A DNA stretch of 64,000 nucleotides, taken from NCBI GenBank assembly GCA_009914755.4, contig CP068257.2, positions 14,432,001-14,496,000 on the forward strand, given 5' to 3'. The notes under the pieces are model-generated. The model did not search any database, was not told the origin of the DNA, and was given only the letters and a program-made list of their open reading frames with translations. This document shows, piece after piece, positions 43,030 to 63,091 of this stretch (position 1 is the first letter of the stretch; the number at the start of each line of letters is the position of its first letter). The translations under genes were made by a program, and so were the position numbers. This DNA comes from the human T2T-CHM13v2.0 reference genome, Homo sapiens.

Positions 43030-44100
43030 TAGCCCTCCCATTTTTATTTGCATGCAAGCGTACTTAGCTATTCATGGCTCTTTCAATTTCATTTCCATTT
43101 TAGAATCAGCTGTATAGTCAAAAATTCTGTTGTGATGTTGGTTGGTATTGCACTGAGTCTGTAGATCAATTTGTGAAGGACTGACATATCTATATTGCCA
43201 TTCATGAACATGATATATATCTCCACTTGCATCATTAATTTCTCTCCATAAACTTTTAGAATTGGTGCATATCTTTTCTTTGATTTTTTCCTTGTTGCCT
43301 AATTTTTGTACACTATGATAAGTTGTACCTTATATTTTGTTACTGATGTTTAAAAATAAAATTGATTATGGTATACTGGTTTTATAAAAAATGGCCTTGC
43401 TAAACTCTTATTAATTCCATCAATTTGTAGATTATTTCTATTTTCTATTTCAAAAAGCTACATCATCTGCAAATATTGACAGCTATCAATACTGACATGT
43501 TGAATAAAAATGGTGGCATGAATATCTTTGTCTTGTGCTTAATGTCTTACCATTGCAGATTTAGCATTAAGTAATTGCAGAAAATTCCTTTTGTAGCTAC
43601 CCTTTGTTATATGGAAGAATGTGCCCATTTGTTTCTAGTTTGTTGAGTTTTTAAAAAATCATAAATGGATGTCGAATTTCAGTAATAGCTCTTCCCTTTA
43701 AAATGTTTACGTGGCAAATTTTATTGATTGATTTTTCAACATAAGCCAAATGTATTGGTGAATGTAGTAACTCATTGCTTTTTTTAACTAGAATTTTCCC
43801 CATTATGAGTGAGGTTGAGTATCTTTCTTTTAGTGTGCTTATTGGCTATTTGGATATCCAGTTTGTAAAATGCCTGTTCAAGTCCCCTCTCCCTTTTTAC
43901 AAAATCAGGTTGCCTGACCTTCTCGTATTGATTTATAGATGCTCATTATATATTCCTGATATAAGCCCTTGTTAGTTATTCGAGTTACAAATATCTTCTC
44001 CCTCACAGCAGGCTTGACTTTTCACTTTGTTAAGGATGCCTTCTGGAAAATGTTACTTAATTTTAATGTGATGAAGTTGCTCAATTTTTAAATTAATGGT
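43030..44100 (-). mobile_element. Old LINE-1 fragment (antisense ORF2 region)
   Basis: …tattgccattcatgaacatgatatatatctccacttgcatcat… resembles antisense L1 ccattcatgaacatgggat.tctttccatt. …ctacatcatctgcaaatattgacagctatcaatactgacatgttgaataaaaatggtggcatgaatatctttgtcttgtgcttaatg… is the antisense FADD region (catcatctgcaaa…ttccagtactatgttgaataa.agtggtga.agtgggcatccttgtcttgt). …gtgcccatttgtttctag…ataagcccttgttagttattcgagttacaaatatcttctccc… also looks L1-like. Boundaries are approximate. Confidence 0.55.
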
Positions 44101-44127
44101 TTTTCTGGTAATGTTTAAGAAGTTTTT

Positions 44128-44434
44128 TCTTTCTTTCTTTCTTTTTTTTTTTTAGACGAGTCTCACTCTGTCGCCCCCAGGCTGGAGTGCAGTGGCCTGA
44201 TCCTGGCTCACTGCAACCCTCTGCCTCCCAGGTTCAGGTGATTCTCCTGCCTCAGCCTCCAAAGTAGCTGGGATTACAGGCGCCCGCTACCACTCCTGGC
44301 TAATTTTTGTATTTTTTGTAGAGGCGAGTTTTCACCATCTGGCCAGGCTGATCTTGAACTCCTGACCTCAAGTGATCCACCTGCCTCGGCCTCCCAAAAT
44401 GCTGGGATTACAGGCGTGAGCCACCTCGCCCGGC
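44128..44434 (-). mobile_element. Alu SINE (full length) preceded by a (CTTT)n/poly-T tract
   Basis: tttctttctttctttctttttttttttttagacgagtctcactctgtcgcccccaggctggagtgcagtggcctgatcctggctcactgcaaccctctgcctcccaggttcaggtgattctcctgcctcagcctccaaagtagctgggattacaggcgcccgctaccactcctggctaatttttgtattttttgtagaggcgagttttcaccatctggccaggctgatcttgaactcctgacctcaagtgatccacctgcctcggcctcccaaaatgctgggattacaggcgtgagccacctcgcccggc. Confidence 0.95.
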
Positions 44435-44565
44435 TGAGGTCTTTTCTTACTCTGAGGTCCTATTGATTCTCTTCTATATCTTTTAGAACATTTACTGTTC
44501 TTCCTTTTAAATTTACATATATAATCAGTCTGGAATTCATCTATATGGTATGAAATGGAAATATT

Positions 44566-44640
44566 TAATTTCATACATATGTATATTATATATGTATATA
44601 AATTATAAATATACATATATATGTAAATTATATATAAAGC
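44566..44640. repeat. AT-rich low-complexity / (TA)n-(TATG)n-like simple repeat
   Basis: atttcatacatatgtatattatatatgtatataaattataaatatacatatatatgtaaattatatataaagc. Confidence 0.8.
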
Positions 44641-45189
44641 ATAATTTCCATTTTATTTTTTTCCAGAGGATTGTTTTTCTTTAATCCTTAAGGATTCAGC
44701 TCCTTACAAGGGTTTTGTTGGAGGTCATGGGGCAGCACCAGGAGGTCTAAATCATGGTGGGTGCATTCAGTACTTCATGAGATCCATTCTCAACTAACAT
44801 GCTGTGAATGGCACAACTCAGGCATTAACGTAGCTTCACATATACCTTGGGAAGCACGCAGGAGTCGAAGACACTCCCTTTGGAAATGTCTGATAGCTGC
44901 AGCCTCTTCTGTTTTGAATGACGAACTTCTTAGTAGCCTTGTCCTTGGGCATACATTGGGCACAGTGTCTGCAGCAAATAGGCTGCATGTGGCTGTGCCT
45001 CTTTTTGGCATGACATGGTTCCTTCTTTTCTTTGTCATCTTGAAAGCAAGAACCTGAGACTAATTTCATATTTTTTTTTGTAAATTACATAAAACACCTT
45101 TATTATTGTTTTACAAGGTCAGTGTTTAATTACATTTATCCACATTTCCATCCCCCTTTCTTTTCTTTTCTTTTTTTCCTTTTGAACTT

Positions 45190-45480
45190 TTATTTTAGAT
45201 TCAGGGAGTGCCTGTGCAGATTAGTCACATGGGTAGATTCTGTGTCTCTGGGGTTTGGTGGACAGATTACTTCCTCACCCAGGTAAGGAACATAGTCCTG
45301 ATGGGCAGTTTTTTTTTTTTTAATTCTCACCTTCATCCCTTTTCTTGTGCTCCCTTTCCCTTTGCCTCTCTTGAGCTTCCGTTTGGGCTTCAGGATTACA
45401 TTCATCCTTGCTACTGGTGGGGCACTGGTTCCAGGAACACCACTCCCCTCTCTCCCACGTGGATACCCAAATCCCAGCAT
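45190..45480 (-). mobile_element. LINE-1 3'-terminal fragment (antisense L1PA/L1PB 3' UTR end)
   Basis: ttttattttagattcagggagtgcctgtgcagattagtcacatgggtagattctgtgtctctggggtttggtggacagattacttcctcacccaggtaaggaacatagtcctgatgggcagttttttttttttaattctcaccttc… matches the antisense primate L1 3' end (tttattttagattcaggggtacatgtgcaggtttgttacatgggtaaattgcatgtcacgggggtttggtgtacagattatttcatcacccaggtaataagcatagtacccgataggtagttttt). Confidence 0.55.
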
Positions 45481-48400
45481 AATCAAATCGTGTAGTTGAG
45501 GAACCCTGGAATATCGATAAGAGGAACAACTGTGTTTATTGCAAAAAAATCTGCCTATAAGTGGACCGCACAGTTCAAACTTCTGCTGTTGAAGAGTCGG
45601 CTGTATTTTTCTTATGCTTGAAGTCTATCATTCAGAATTTCCTTTAATAGAGGCTTGATGGTTGTAAAGTCTCTTGCTTTTTGTTTCTTTGAAAATGTCT
45701 CTTGCACCTTCATTCTTGAAAGCCTTTTTCATTAGATATAAAATTGTCAATTGAAATTTATTTTATTTTAGTACATTGAAAAAACATATCATATAAATAG
45801 ATATATCTTTAAGATTTCCTCTTTGTAGTTTTCTGAATTTCACTATGATTTGTCAGCTTTTTATCTGCTTGGGTTTCATTAGGTTTTTGAATTTGTGGAT
45901 TGATATATGTTTTAATTCTGGAGAATTCTCAGCCATTATCTACTTAAATATTGCTTATACATTGTTCTTTTTCTCTCTTTCTGAAAACTCCAATAAAATA
46001 TATGTTAGATTTTATTATTGTATCCTTAATGTATCATCAAATCCTTTCCCCAACAGTTTTATATTTTTGTCTTTCTGAGCTTTATTCTTGATGTTCTTGA
46101 TATTTTTTTTCTTAACTATTTTGCATTTCACAAAGTTTCTTCAATTGGATCCAATTTGTTCTCAAATCCATCCAGTTTCTTATTTTGGTTACCATGCTTT
46201 TCAGTTCTATACATTCTATTTGGTTCCTTTTCAAATACGCTGTGTCATTTGAAAATACTCTGTTACATTTTTCCAGCTTGGCTTTTATTTTCTTTTAAAT
46301 TCTAAGTACGATTATTTTATAATTATTATATGATAATTCCAATATGTGAAGTGTCTTGAGTATGTTTCTGTTGGGTTTTATAAACGGTGCCTTTCTCTTG
46401 AGTACCTAGTTATCTTTGACTGTGGGCTAGACATTGTATTAGAGAAAACATTTTAGAAAAGTATTGAGGCCCAGTATAACATTATGTTTCTACACAGAGG
46501 ATTTTGGTTTGCTTTTGCTACATGTCTAGAGGTGCTAGAAAACCTAGATGCCTGTGATTCCATTTCAAGGCTTCACATTTTCTAGGCCTTTATAATGCAA
46601 ACTTGAGCTGTAAAGTACGCACATTGGGTAGTTTATTTCTGGTTCATTTGTCCTCTTAGGAAGCAATCCTTTGGAGTTGTAACCCTGGTATGCTTTAGAA
46701 GGAGTGCTTCTAAGCCCAATATAGCCAATCTTTGAGGATCATGGACACCACAGTTTGTATTTTGACCCCTGCAAGGCATTTTCACTACTCGTTTCTCAGC
46801 TTTTTCTTTATATTGGTAAGTAGCCTCAATGCAAAAGTAGCCTTAAGTACTGGGTGTGGTTTTATGAGTTCTCATCCTTTCCTGAATCTCATCCCATATT
46901 TCATCTTGAATTTATAAGTTATTTGATAAATTAAAAAAGAATTCTTTTTAATAGTTTATCAAGCTATTTTTAGTTGTTCTTAGCAGGAGGACTGATCTGA
47001 ATAGCCTACCATCAGCAGAAGCTCCTGATACTCTCTTTTCAGTGTAATTTCACTTCAACAGAAGTTGTTGGAGTAACGAGGATATGGCACATCATCATTT
47101 TCCTTAGTCCCCATACACACCGGGAGATAGGCCTAATCTCACCAATGACAGTGAATTCAGAAAACACATTAACTTTGAAATCTATTCATTTAAGATCAAA
47201 TGAAGGCTGTTAATAAGTAAGTATTCTGCTTACACCCAAAAAAGCACATTTTATGAGTTTTATGCGTAGTCTTTCTAGTGAACTATTTGGAGATTTTTTT
47301 CTTCTGTTTTTTCTTGTTCAATGCATACCACAAGGCCAGATAACTTATTATGGACAAATGCAGTTGAGTTTGAGCACATAATTAGAGTGACTGTTTAGCA
47401 ATTTTAAATTGATATAAGACATTAGCAATTGGAAAGTAACTAGTGAAAATCTGTCTGACCATAAGGTGCATACAATGGCATTTAGCCTAAAGGCCATATT
47501 CTAAGTTACCCAAAATTAATTACGAACTTAATAGTATAACTATTAGTGCATTATACTAGTATAAAGAAAGTGATAAAATGTGTTATTAAATTATTTAGAT
47601 TGTCATCAGTTTAAAATTATAAATAAAAGTAACAGTGGCATAGTATGTCCTCAGTTAACCAGAAAGCTTGGGTAAGCATATCAAATTACTGGTAATAAAC
47701 TTTACTATATGTCTCAATCATATTTCTTTGTTCCTTCCTTGTCAAAAATGTAGATTATCTGTCTAACTGCTTGAAAGGAAAATTTTCTTAATATTTTCCC
47801 TTAGGACATTCCTGTTTTATTTTGTGTCTATTTTTTTTTTTAACACTCCATAATTTTTAAAGTAACCTGGCAGGAGCCCAAGTGCATGGAATGAAAAGTC
47901 ATTCTTGGACCTATTCCATATTGCAACACCAGTCTCTTAAATCACTTTTATATGTAACATTTGTATTCTATTCAGCAAATGGTCATATTACTTACTATTC
48001 TGTTGAAACATTGCATAGGTATTTGCTTAAGACATGCATTACTCAGAGGATAATAAATTTCTTCTTGCTTAACATGTAGCACAATGCATCTAAATACTTG
48101 TATTTTTATTTCTCAAAGCTAAAGTCACTGTTTCTCTATCAGTTCTTTGCCTTCAAATACAAAAGAGGAAAATGTAATTAATGAACCAGTAATTTCGGAG
48201 TGATCATCTTTTCTCTTCCTTAGCTCACAGATATTTGCTGCTATCTGTTTTACGCTTTCACAATAACTTCCATTTGCATCACTCTTTACATGACTACATC
48301 TGAGAGAAGTGTACGGTAAGAGTTAGAAATATTACTCTTGTTTAGTAGTAGCAAAACTCAAGTGCAAGAAGCTGAGAGTCACATGGCCCTGTTCAGCTTC

Positions 48401-50880
48401 TGGTCCGGTACTCCCTCCAATAACCCTAGTTTGTCTTTTTCTCTTCATTTTTACTGATTTCTATCCCACCCGTGCATTTGTTTTGAGATTTCAGCTCTTG
48501 TGACATCATCTCTGCAAATTATGCATTGAGATTTTTGAGAGATTTCTTGAAATTTCTGTTTAATGAGTGGTGTTAATGTAACATATAGATTTTAATATCT
48601 GGAAAACTTCATTTTTTATCATCCACTACTTTCTCTTAATTAATTTAACATCATTTGCCTTTCTTACTGGTCATAGTATAATTCTGAGGTAATAAGGTGG
48701 CATTTTTAATTTAACTATTCATAGAACTTCTGGGAGAAATTTTATGTCTAGTTCAGAAGGCATGGCAGCATTTTAAATTTGATTGTGGAGTATTCTAACC
48801 AAATCTTCAAGAGCCGTAACTCGAGGTGAAACCTGCCAACAGTAAGTTCTTCTCGTAGCCCAAGGCTTGTTTGGTTTTGATTAGTTTTACTAGACTTCAT
48901 TTGGTTTCAATTAAACCTTGAGACAGGCTAGTGACTTTCATGAAACGTGGGTTTCTCAAGTTAGAAAATAATTCTTTTGTGTGGACGAGTGTAACGTTTT
49001 CTTCACTGAAAGAAAATATCTACTCAAAGATAATTTTGGAAGATTTTATAATCACATTGCAAAGAGATTTTTATACATTGAACTGTCTCATATTATGTTT
49101 CTTAAAAATTATTATATTGTATTCTTAAATGGCAAAATGAAAATCACTCCATATGCTTCCAAAGCAATAATAAGAAATATTTAACTATATAAGTATAACA
49201 ACATTTTATATTTAACTGCATATTGTTAATTTGATTTTAAAATAAGCAGCTATTCTGGGGAGTTCCAGAAATTTTTAAATTCATTTATTTTTCTAAAAGG
49301 CTTTCTTTTAGTATTACATTATCTTAGGTCGTGTTCAAATGAAATGATTTTCCTGAGTCGCAAGTCCTTTATTACTTAAAAACTGTAACAACATAACATC
49401 ACTGGATATGAGTTGAAAATCGTGCATAGTATTTTTATGCAAAGGTAGAAGGAGAAGCATAAAGTTATAAACATATTGTATACCCTAAACAAAGAAAACT
49501 GTGGTCTGTAGTCCTCAGAGAAAAATCTCAGGTGTAAGTTCCTTTTGTATTCCAAATTTTTTTTGATCCTAAACAAAATCCTTTATTAATCCTTATTAAA
49601 AAAATTCCATGTTGGGTAATAAAGATAAATAGAAAACAAACTCAAAAGTAGTGTTTGAAGTGATAGAAGATGTACATTTCTCTTTCTGTGAATTCATAAA
49701 CCCTGGCTTCAGATACTATTGATTTTTACCCAGAGGCATCATTAAATACCCCACCATCTGTTTAAGATTATGCCAAAAATATTGCAGTTATAAATATAGG
49801 GCACGTGTATAAAAATTAGATGTATCAAGTTAAGGATATTATCATAATGCTCTTCTATATTCTCAGCATGAAACAAAAATATTAATAAATATGTGAATAT
49901 TCTGCTTGTAAATATGTCTGTAGAATTTAAAACTGATAAATAAATTTGTTCAGAAATGTAGAATTTAACATTTACCACTCGGAAAACAAGAGCAGATCAC
50001 CTCTTGAATAAGTGTCTTCCAATTTTGTTTCTAACACAGCAAATATTTTATATTTACAATTTAAAAAATTGAATTCTCCAAGTATTATGTTCCAAGATTT
50101 AAATAAGATTAACGACCCCTTCAAATATTTTTGTTGAGAGCTGTTTATTAATACCTTATGTGGTCACATCAATTAAAATTAATGACATCTGGTATACAAG
50201 TGAATAATTTCTTTACATATTTTATCATATTTGAATAAATAGAATGAAGAACAAAGCACTGACTTTTTATTCATACTACCAGGTTTGGATTTGGATTCTG
50301 CTATGAATTCATCATGTGCCTTTGGGATCTTTTCCTTTCTGGGCTTACCTTTCATCAAATGGAAAGAACTAGAAGCTCTCAATGGTTCTTTCTACCTTTA
50401 ACATTTTATTGGTTATTTACAAATTATAAACATTTAGTTTGGTTAGCATAGGCTGTATGTTTATATATAGGCTATATAATTATGTGCTTTATATCTCTAG
50501 TAATTAAAAATTATTTTTTTTACCTTGTAAATTTAAATTTATCATGAAGGAAGCAGAACTAGTTACATTGGTAAATATGTTCATTCACTATTACACTATT
50601 ACTTCTGAATGAACACACATTATTTTCTCTATAGACCAAGAACTGTCTATTAATCTATTAAAATATATTTTCTCAAAACTGATCCCAGGGTGCTAGGGAC
50701 ACAAAATTCAAAGATAAATAAGAAATTAAATTTGGCTGTGTGATGTTGAAATGTAAGTAAGCAAATAAAATAAAATGTGATCAAACTTTATCAGTTCGAG
50801 TTTTTATTACCAGCAAATTCCAATTTTATTGACACAGAATTATCTCAGATTAGCAAAAATAAGTGGTGGTACTTTTTTTC

Positions 50881-57051
<6,171 letters not shown>

Positions 57052-59264
57052 AGTGGTACTTTTTTCAATGCTTAAAAGAATGGAAACAATCTATTTAGAA
57101 AGTGAACATGTATTATAGATTTCAGCATGTCCATTAGAAGATGGTTTACTAGAACTATTTCTTTTTGCATATAGAGGAACAAACTTGAACAGAAAACTCT
57201 CAGTCTTTGTACTGAATTTCCTTGTCTTGAAAGAAATGAGGAGGTAGTGACCAGCATTTTTATTAGAATGTCAGAGGTGCCTCTCATAAACTACTTGAAC
57301 GCTGACTTCAAGAGTTGCAATGATCAAAAAAAAATGCAGAAAATGAACTAGTAGATAACTGTGGGAGATGGAAGGTGTTGATGGCATTCACCACAGGTAT
57401 GCACTTGTCCACTTATTTTCTTGGCTGGATTAATGAAAGGATGAGGAACCTGTTTTTATTTTTTATTTTTTTAAGGCAGAAAGATCTTCGCAACTATCAA
57501 TATGGTGAAATGAAAAACAACTACCCATTTTCTTGTCCTCTTTTATCCTTGATTGTAGTTATGTAAAAAGCTTTACTCGTTAAAAAAAATTAAATGTTTG
57601 GCCAAGTCATGGGATCAACTCAGGATTTTATTATAACCCAGATCTTGGCTAACCACATTTTCTTAAAATGTCCAGTAGACTGAATTGCACCCGTGGCTTC
57701 TAACATGAACGGCTGGAGCCAAGAATGCTTGCGTGAAAGCAGCCAGCCACCAAAACACAATGGGATTTATTCCTTCATTCTGGGTTTAAAGAAAGGATCT
57801 TAAAGATCCAACCTTTTAGCCTAGAAAGCTTTGTAAACCTTTTCAAATACCTCTGAGGAATCTGCATACTTTGTAGCTCAACTTATTAGTCTATTTCATT
57901 CACACGAGGAGATTCTCCACTCTAAACACTCTGACTTGCAGAGGATGGAATACCAAGTAGGTGTACTCTGGATTGGGGCTTTGATAAAAACCTTTCAAAG
58001 AAGAACCATAGTACAACAGTTTTTGGGATACAGTTTCTGGAATAATGTAAAATGGTGAAATGTAGGCAGATTTTTGTAACCCTGCTAGTAAGCTAATTAA
58101 GAGTATGTATTTCTGTATTGGTTGAAGAAGTTTTATTTTTTCCTTTAAGAAATTTCTATGAAATGCAAGCTATTATAATGAGAAAGAATTGTTCCTTTGC
58201 CAATTTTAAAGCCTTTGGAGACATTAGTGTATTAACCCCACATGGTATCTGAAGGGAGCATTGAACTGGCAGCCAGAATTCCTGAGTTCTGGCCTTGAAA
58301 CTGGTATGTGCTACTGATATTATCTTGAGCATATTCATTCATCTGTCCTGGAAGAGATCATGAATGCTAATCAAATATTCCATGTGTTCATCAATATTTG
58401 CAAGCATCCCCTGTGGCTATGTTGGGGTCATGTGACAAGTGCAGGACATAAGTCCAAGGGATGTTTGTCTTCCAGTTTGAAGGAGTTAAGTGAACCAGGA
58501 TAAATTTTCAATAATCTTTGTCATCTGCAAAGCAGCAAACAAAGGTTTTAAAATGGCCAAGTTGCAAGATGGGAGCAAGGAGATCTCTGAGTTGTAAAAA
58601 GAAGAGGAAAGCCATTTGTTCATTGCGACATGAAAAGGAAATAAATATTTGCTGTATCAAGCTACGTGAATCTGGGGGTTGTTTTGTGCCACAGCATAGC
58701 AAATCCTATGTTGACTAGCGTCTCTCCAGGAGTCATCATAAGCTGAGGGGTTTGGAGACTTCTTAATTCTGTTCCAGTTTGTATTCCTGAAATTGTCTTT
58801 GGGCATATGACCTTCATTTTACAAAAGAAAGAACAGAGAAGTTTGGAGATAACTGACTAAAGTCACAAAGTAAGTTTGTGGCCATGCTGCACGATGTATT
58901 TCTCTGGGACCCTGTAGATTCATATTCCCCAGGTATATTTCTCCACAACCTATGAGATTAACTGTGGGATCATTCAAATTGACCATTAACAAAATGCTAG
59001 ATTGATTCTCTTCCTGTCTACTAGGTTTTGTTCACTTAGACATGATGTAATTCTGTGATGCAATGGATAATACGGCATTCAACATCCTGACCTTAATACC
59101 AGAGACTTATCTATCAGATTATGGAGTCTGATAGTATACATATTATGTCTATTTTCAACTGGGGAAAAATTCTACCTCTGTGTTTAGTTTTGAGGTGGTT
59201 ATTGAACAAGAACCTATGATAGACCCCAAAGCTATTTTCACAAAACTTGAATTTAGAAATTTAA

Positions 59265-59785
59265 TGCAGGGGTCCCCAACCCTCGGGCCATGGACTGGTA
59301 CCAGTCCTTGGTCTGTTAGGAACTGGCCACATAGCAGGAGGTGAGTGGCAAGCAAGCAAAGGAAGGTTCATCTGTATTTACAGCTGCTCCTTATCACTGG
59401 CAATACCACCTGAGCTCTGCCTCCTGTCAGATCAGAGGCAGCATTAGATCCTCATAGGAGCGTGAACCCTATTGTGAACTGCACGTATGAGGGATCTAGG
59501 TTGCACACTCCTTATGAGAATCTAATGCCTGATGATTGTCACTGTCTCCCATCACCTCTGGATGGGACCATCTAGTTGTAGAAAAATAAGCTCAGGGCTC
59601 CCACTGATTCTGCATGAAGGTGAGTTGTATTATTCTTTCTTTATATATTACAATGTAATAATAATAAAGTTCACAATAAATGTAATGCTCTTGAATCATC
59701 CCGAAACCATCACCTTAGTCCCAGTCCATGGAAAAGTTGTCTTGCAGGAAATTGATCCCAGGTGCCAATAAGGTTGGGGACTGCT
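59265..59785. mobile_element. Non-autonomous Tc1/mariner-like DNA transposon (MITE, ~520 bp) with ~20-bp terminal inverted repeats and a TA target-site duplication
   Basis: Left end …atttaA|TGCAGGGGTCCCCAACCctcgggccatggactggtaccagtccttggtctgttaggaactggcc… and right end …GGTTGGGGACTGCTG|AAttaatgc. The right end's reverse complement, CAGCAGTCCCCAACC, matches the left terminus. The interior (…ctgtcagatcagaggcagcattagatcctcataggagcgtgaaccctattgtgaactgcacgtatgagggatctaggttgcacactccttatgagaatctaatgcctgatgat…) is a high-copy human repeat I recognise but cannot name with confidence. Confidence 0.6.
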
Positions 59786-62637
59786 GAATTAATGCATTTG
59801 TAACTACCTGGTAGTTTCTTGTCTTTGGCATCCGGGATGGATATAATTGTCCTCCCAATTGTCAAGTGTCAAAATGTAAAATATAGTACACATAAACAAA
59901 TATTGATGAGGATAAAATGAGTTAATATCTGTAAAGTCCCTAGGACAGAGCCTGGCATAGAATTAACAATATACAGGTGTTTATTAAGTAACACAAAGGT
60001 GATTATGATGGATCATGAGACACTGTGAGCTAGGATCTAGTTGACATCTCCTTTAATTTTCCTCTTATAGAACCCCAGATACATGTCATCCGATTTCTAT
60101 TTAACCATATTTTTGTGCTAGGAAATATGATTTTGTAGTACATGGTAAAATATTTTTACTTAGGACCCATCATTATCTCAATTAAAAATAAGAAAACAGG
60201 CTAAGAGGAGTTAAGAGGTTTACCCAAGTTTACAAAGCTGTCAATGTCCTTCACTATCTGCCTAGGAAGTTCATAATCTTTCCTAGGCAGTCTTCTATAT
60301 CACTGTCTCCATTATTAGTAGGAGTAGCAGTGCCATGTGATTTGAGCATGGCAGCCCACAAGTTCCACTATTAACTTTCTGCAGGGTAGGAATCACTTCA
60401 GCCAAGATCTGGAGCTCAAGCAATTTCCCTCTGGGTGAGCAGCATTTATTATTCAAATACACTTATTTAATAAACTTAATTATTACATATTCAACTATTT
60501 AATAATCTGTGCTAGCATTTTATCATGGTTTCACATTTGTTTTTTCTCTAACCTTTTTGAAGCTTTTTTCCTAGCAGCTAAGGTGTGTCACACCAACCAT
60601 CTTAAAGACAAGGCCAGGCACATGGTGAATATTTGTTGATTGTACAGTTGCTAAAAGGAGACAAGTTCAAATGAGTCACTTATAGAAGCATTTGGACTTC
60701 AACAGATCGTCAAGTGTTTGAAAACTCTTATCACTACCATGTCTTGTTTCTGGGACATTTTGGTTTTCTGCATTAGGAAAACATCAGATACCTCAGTTTG
60801 AACACTGTGGAGCTTGCAATTTACTCACACTATTATGTCACTTATGTTCTTGTGATCATTTACTGGAAATTATGTCATTCTACTTCTCTCTGCTTCATAG
60901 GGGAATCTTAATTCCAATCCATCCTTCTACATTACTTCTAATAAATCTAATTTTTGCTTTGTTTTTGTTAAGGAGTATCCTGCCACCATTGTACTCTAGA
61001 CATAATCTCATTCATAGCATGAGAGATACTCTGCAGATTGTGTATTTGCCTTATTTTAAAAATTGAAGTTTTTTAAAAGACTCTATTTAAAGACTCTAAA
61101 GACTATTGTATGCATTGCTATTGTTAACAACTGAAACCATATCATTCTTGCCATTATTTTAAGATAAGACAAATCATTTGTTCCCTGGGATGGAAATGAG
61201 CTCCTTTTCTTGTAGGTTTGTGTATTTTTCCAACCCATATATGATTATAAGTTTCTTCCAGTAACCTTCAAAATTCTTTATCTCCTTAGGGTTAATATAG
61301 TGAAATAATTACTTGGGAAAATGGGAGGCATAGCTTTGCTTTTGAAGTCTAGCTTTACTACTTGGTACCCACGTAATACTGAACAACATATTTAATCTCC
61401 CTGATCCTCATTTTCCTTTTGGGTAAAAGGAGAATAATGTGCATATAGAATAGGGATTAAAGGCATGGACTCTCAAGCTATTTTGCCTAGTTTGAAGCTT
61501 CACTGTGCCCTATTTTGCCTATGATATCATTGGCAATTACTTAACTCTTCGTGGTGCAGTTTTCACGGTAAAAAATTAGGGAAGCAATTGGATCTTCTTC
61601 GTATGGTGATAGAAATATTTTTATATGTGCTTTTTCTTTCAGATTGTAATGGAGGTTCGAAATAAAGCTTGCTCAAGTCCCTCCTATCAAGTGGCATAGT
61701 ATTTGTATATAACCTATGCACATCCTCCCATATACCATAAATCATCTCTGGATTACTTATAATAACTGATACAATGTAAATACTGTGTAAATACAGTCAG
61801 GTGCTACATAAAAACTTTTCACTCAATAATGCTCCACATATATGATGGTGGTCCCATAAGATAATAATATAGCTAAAAAATTTCTATTCTCTAGTGACCT
61901 TGTAGCCATATGCATTATTCACATGTTGGTGGTGATGCTGGTATAAACAAACCTACACATACGATTACACACGGTACATAATACTTAGTAATGATAGTAA
62001 ACGACTACGTTACCGGTTTATGTGTTTAGAGTACTAAACATTTTATGGTTATTTTGAGTGTACTCTTTTTACTTAAAAAAAAAAAGTTAATTGTAAAACA
62101 GCCTCAGGCAGGTCCATCAGGAGGTATTCCAGAAGAAGGCATTGTTACCATAGGGGATGACAGTTTCATTGGTGTTATTGTCCCTGAAAACCTTCCAGTG
62201 AGAAAAGATGTGGAGCTGGAAGAGAGTGACATTGATGGTCCTGACCTTGTGCAGGGCTAGTCTAATGCATTTGTTGATGTCTTAGTTTTTAAGAAAAACA
62301 TTTAAAACATAAAAAATTAAAATCATAAAACAAGTAAACGAAGAAGGAAAATATTTTTTGTGTGGCTGTAAAATGTGTTTGTGCTTTAAGCTAAGTGTTG
62401 ATACAAGAGTAAAAAAGCTTAAAAATTAAAAAGTTTGTAACATAAAAAAGTTACAGTAAACTAAGTTTAATTTATTATTGAAGAAAAACATGAATTTAGT
62501 GTAGCCTAGGTTCACAGTGTTTACAAAGTCTACAGTACATACAGAAATGTCCTAGGCCTTCACATTCACTCACCGCTCACTCACTGACGCACACAGAGTA
62601 ACTTCTAGGCTTGCATGCTCCATTCATGGTAAATGCC

Positions 62638-63091
62638 TGTATTAGGCTGTTCTTGCATTGCTATAAGGAAATATCTGAGACTGAGTAACTTATAAAGAAA
62701 AGAGGTTTAAATGGCTCCAATTCTGCAGGCTTCACAGGAATCATGGTGCTCGCATCTGCTCACCTTTGGGTGAAACCTCAGGGAGCTTTCAAGCATGGTG
62801 AAAGGTGAAGGGAGAATAGGCATGTCACTTGGCAGAAGCAGGAGCAAGAGACAGCAAGAGGGAGAGAGAGACGCAGACAGAGAGACAAAGAGACAGAGTG
62901 AGTGAGAGGAGGTGCACATACTTTTAAACAACCAGATATCACAAGAACTCACTCACTATGGCAAAGACAGCACCAAGCCATGAGGGACCTGCCCCCATGA
63001 CCCAAACTCTTCCCACCAGGCCTCACTTCCAGCACTGGGGATTACAAGGCAACATGAGATTTAGATGGGGACAAATATCCAAACTGTATCA
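62638..63091 (-). mobile_element. ERVL-MaLR solitary LTR (MST/THE-related, ~454 bp)
   Basis: tgtattaggctgttcttgcattgctataaggaaatatctgagactgagtaacttataaagaaaagaggtttaaatggctccaattctgcaggcttcacaggaatcatggtgctcgcatctgc…agcaagagggagagagagacgcagacagagagacaaagagacag…gaggtgcacatacttttaaacaaccagatatcacaagaactcactcactatggcaaagacagcaccaagccatgagggacctgcccccatgacccaaactcttcccaccaggcctcacttccagcactggggattacaaggcaacatgagatttagatggggacaaatatccaaactgtatca. It has MaLR termini (TGTATTAG… / …CAAACNNTATCA on this strand) and the characteristic internal GA-rich tract. Confidence 0.65.

Noticed and set aside
44761-45069. Three mutually overlapping ORFs (98, 82 and 77 aa) on both strands
   Set aside because: Overlapping ORFs on both strands in a GC-balanced ~300-bp patch are typical of repeat or LTR-derived sequence. 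There is no domain-like motif. The patch sits between an Alu and an L1 3'-end fragment and is probably another old repeat I could not classify.
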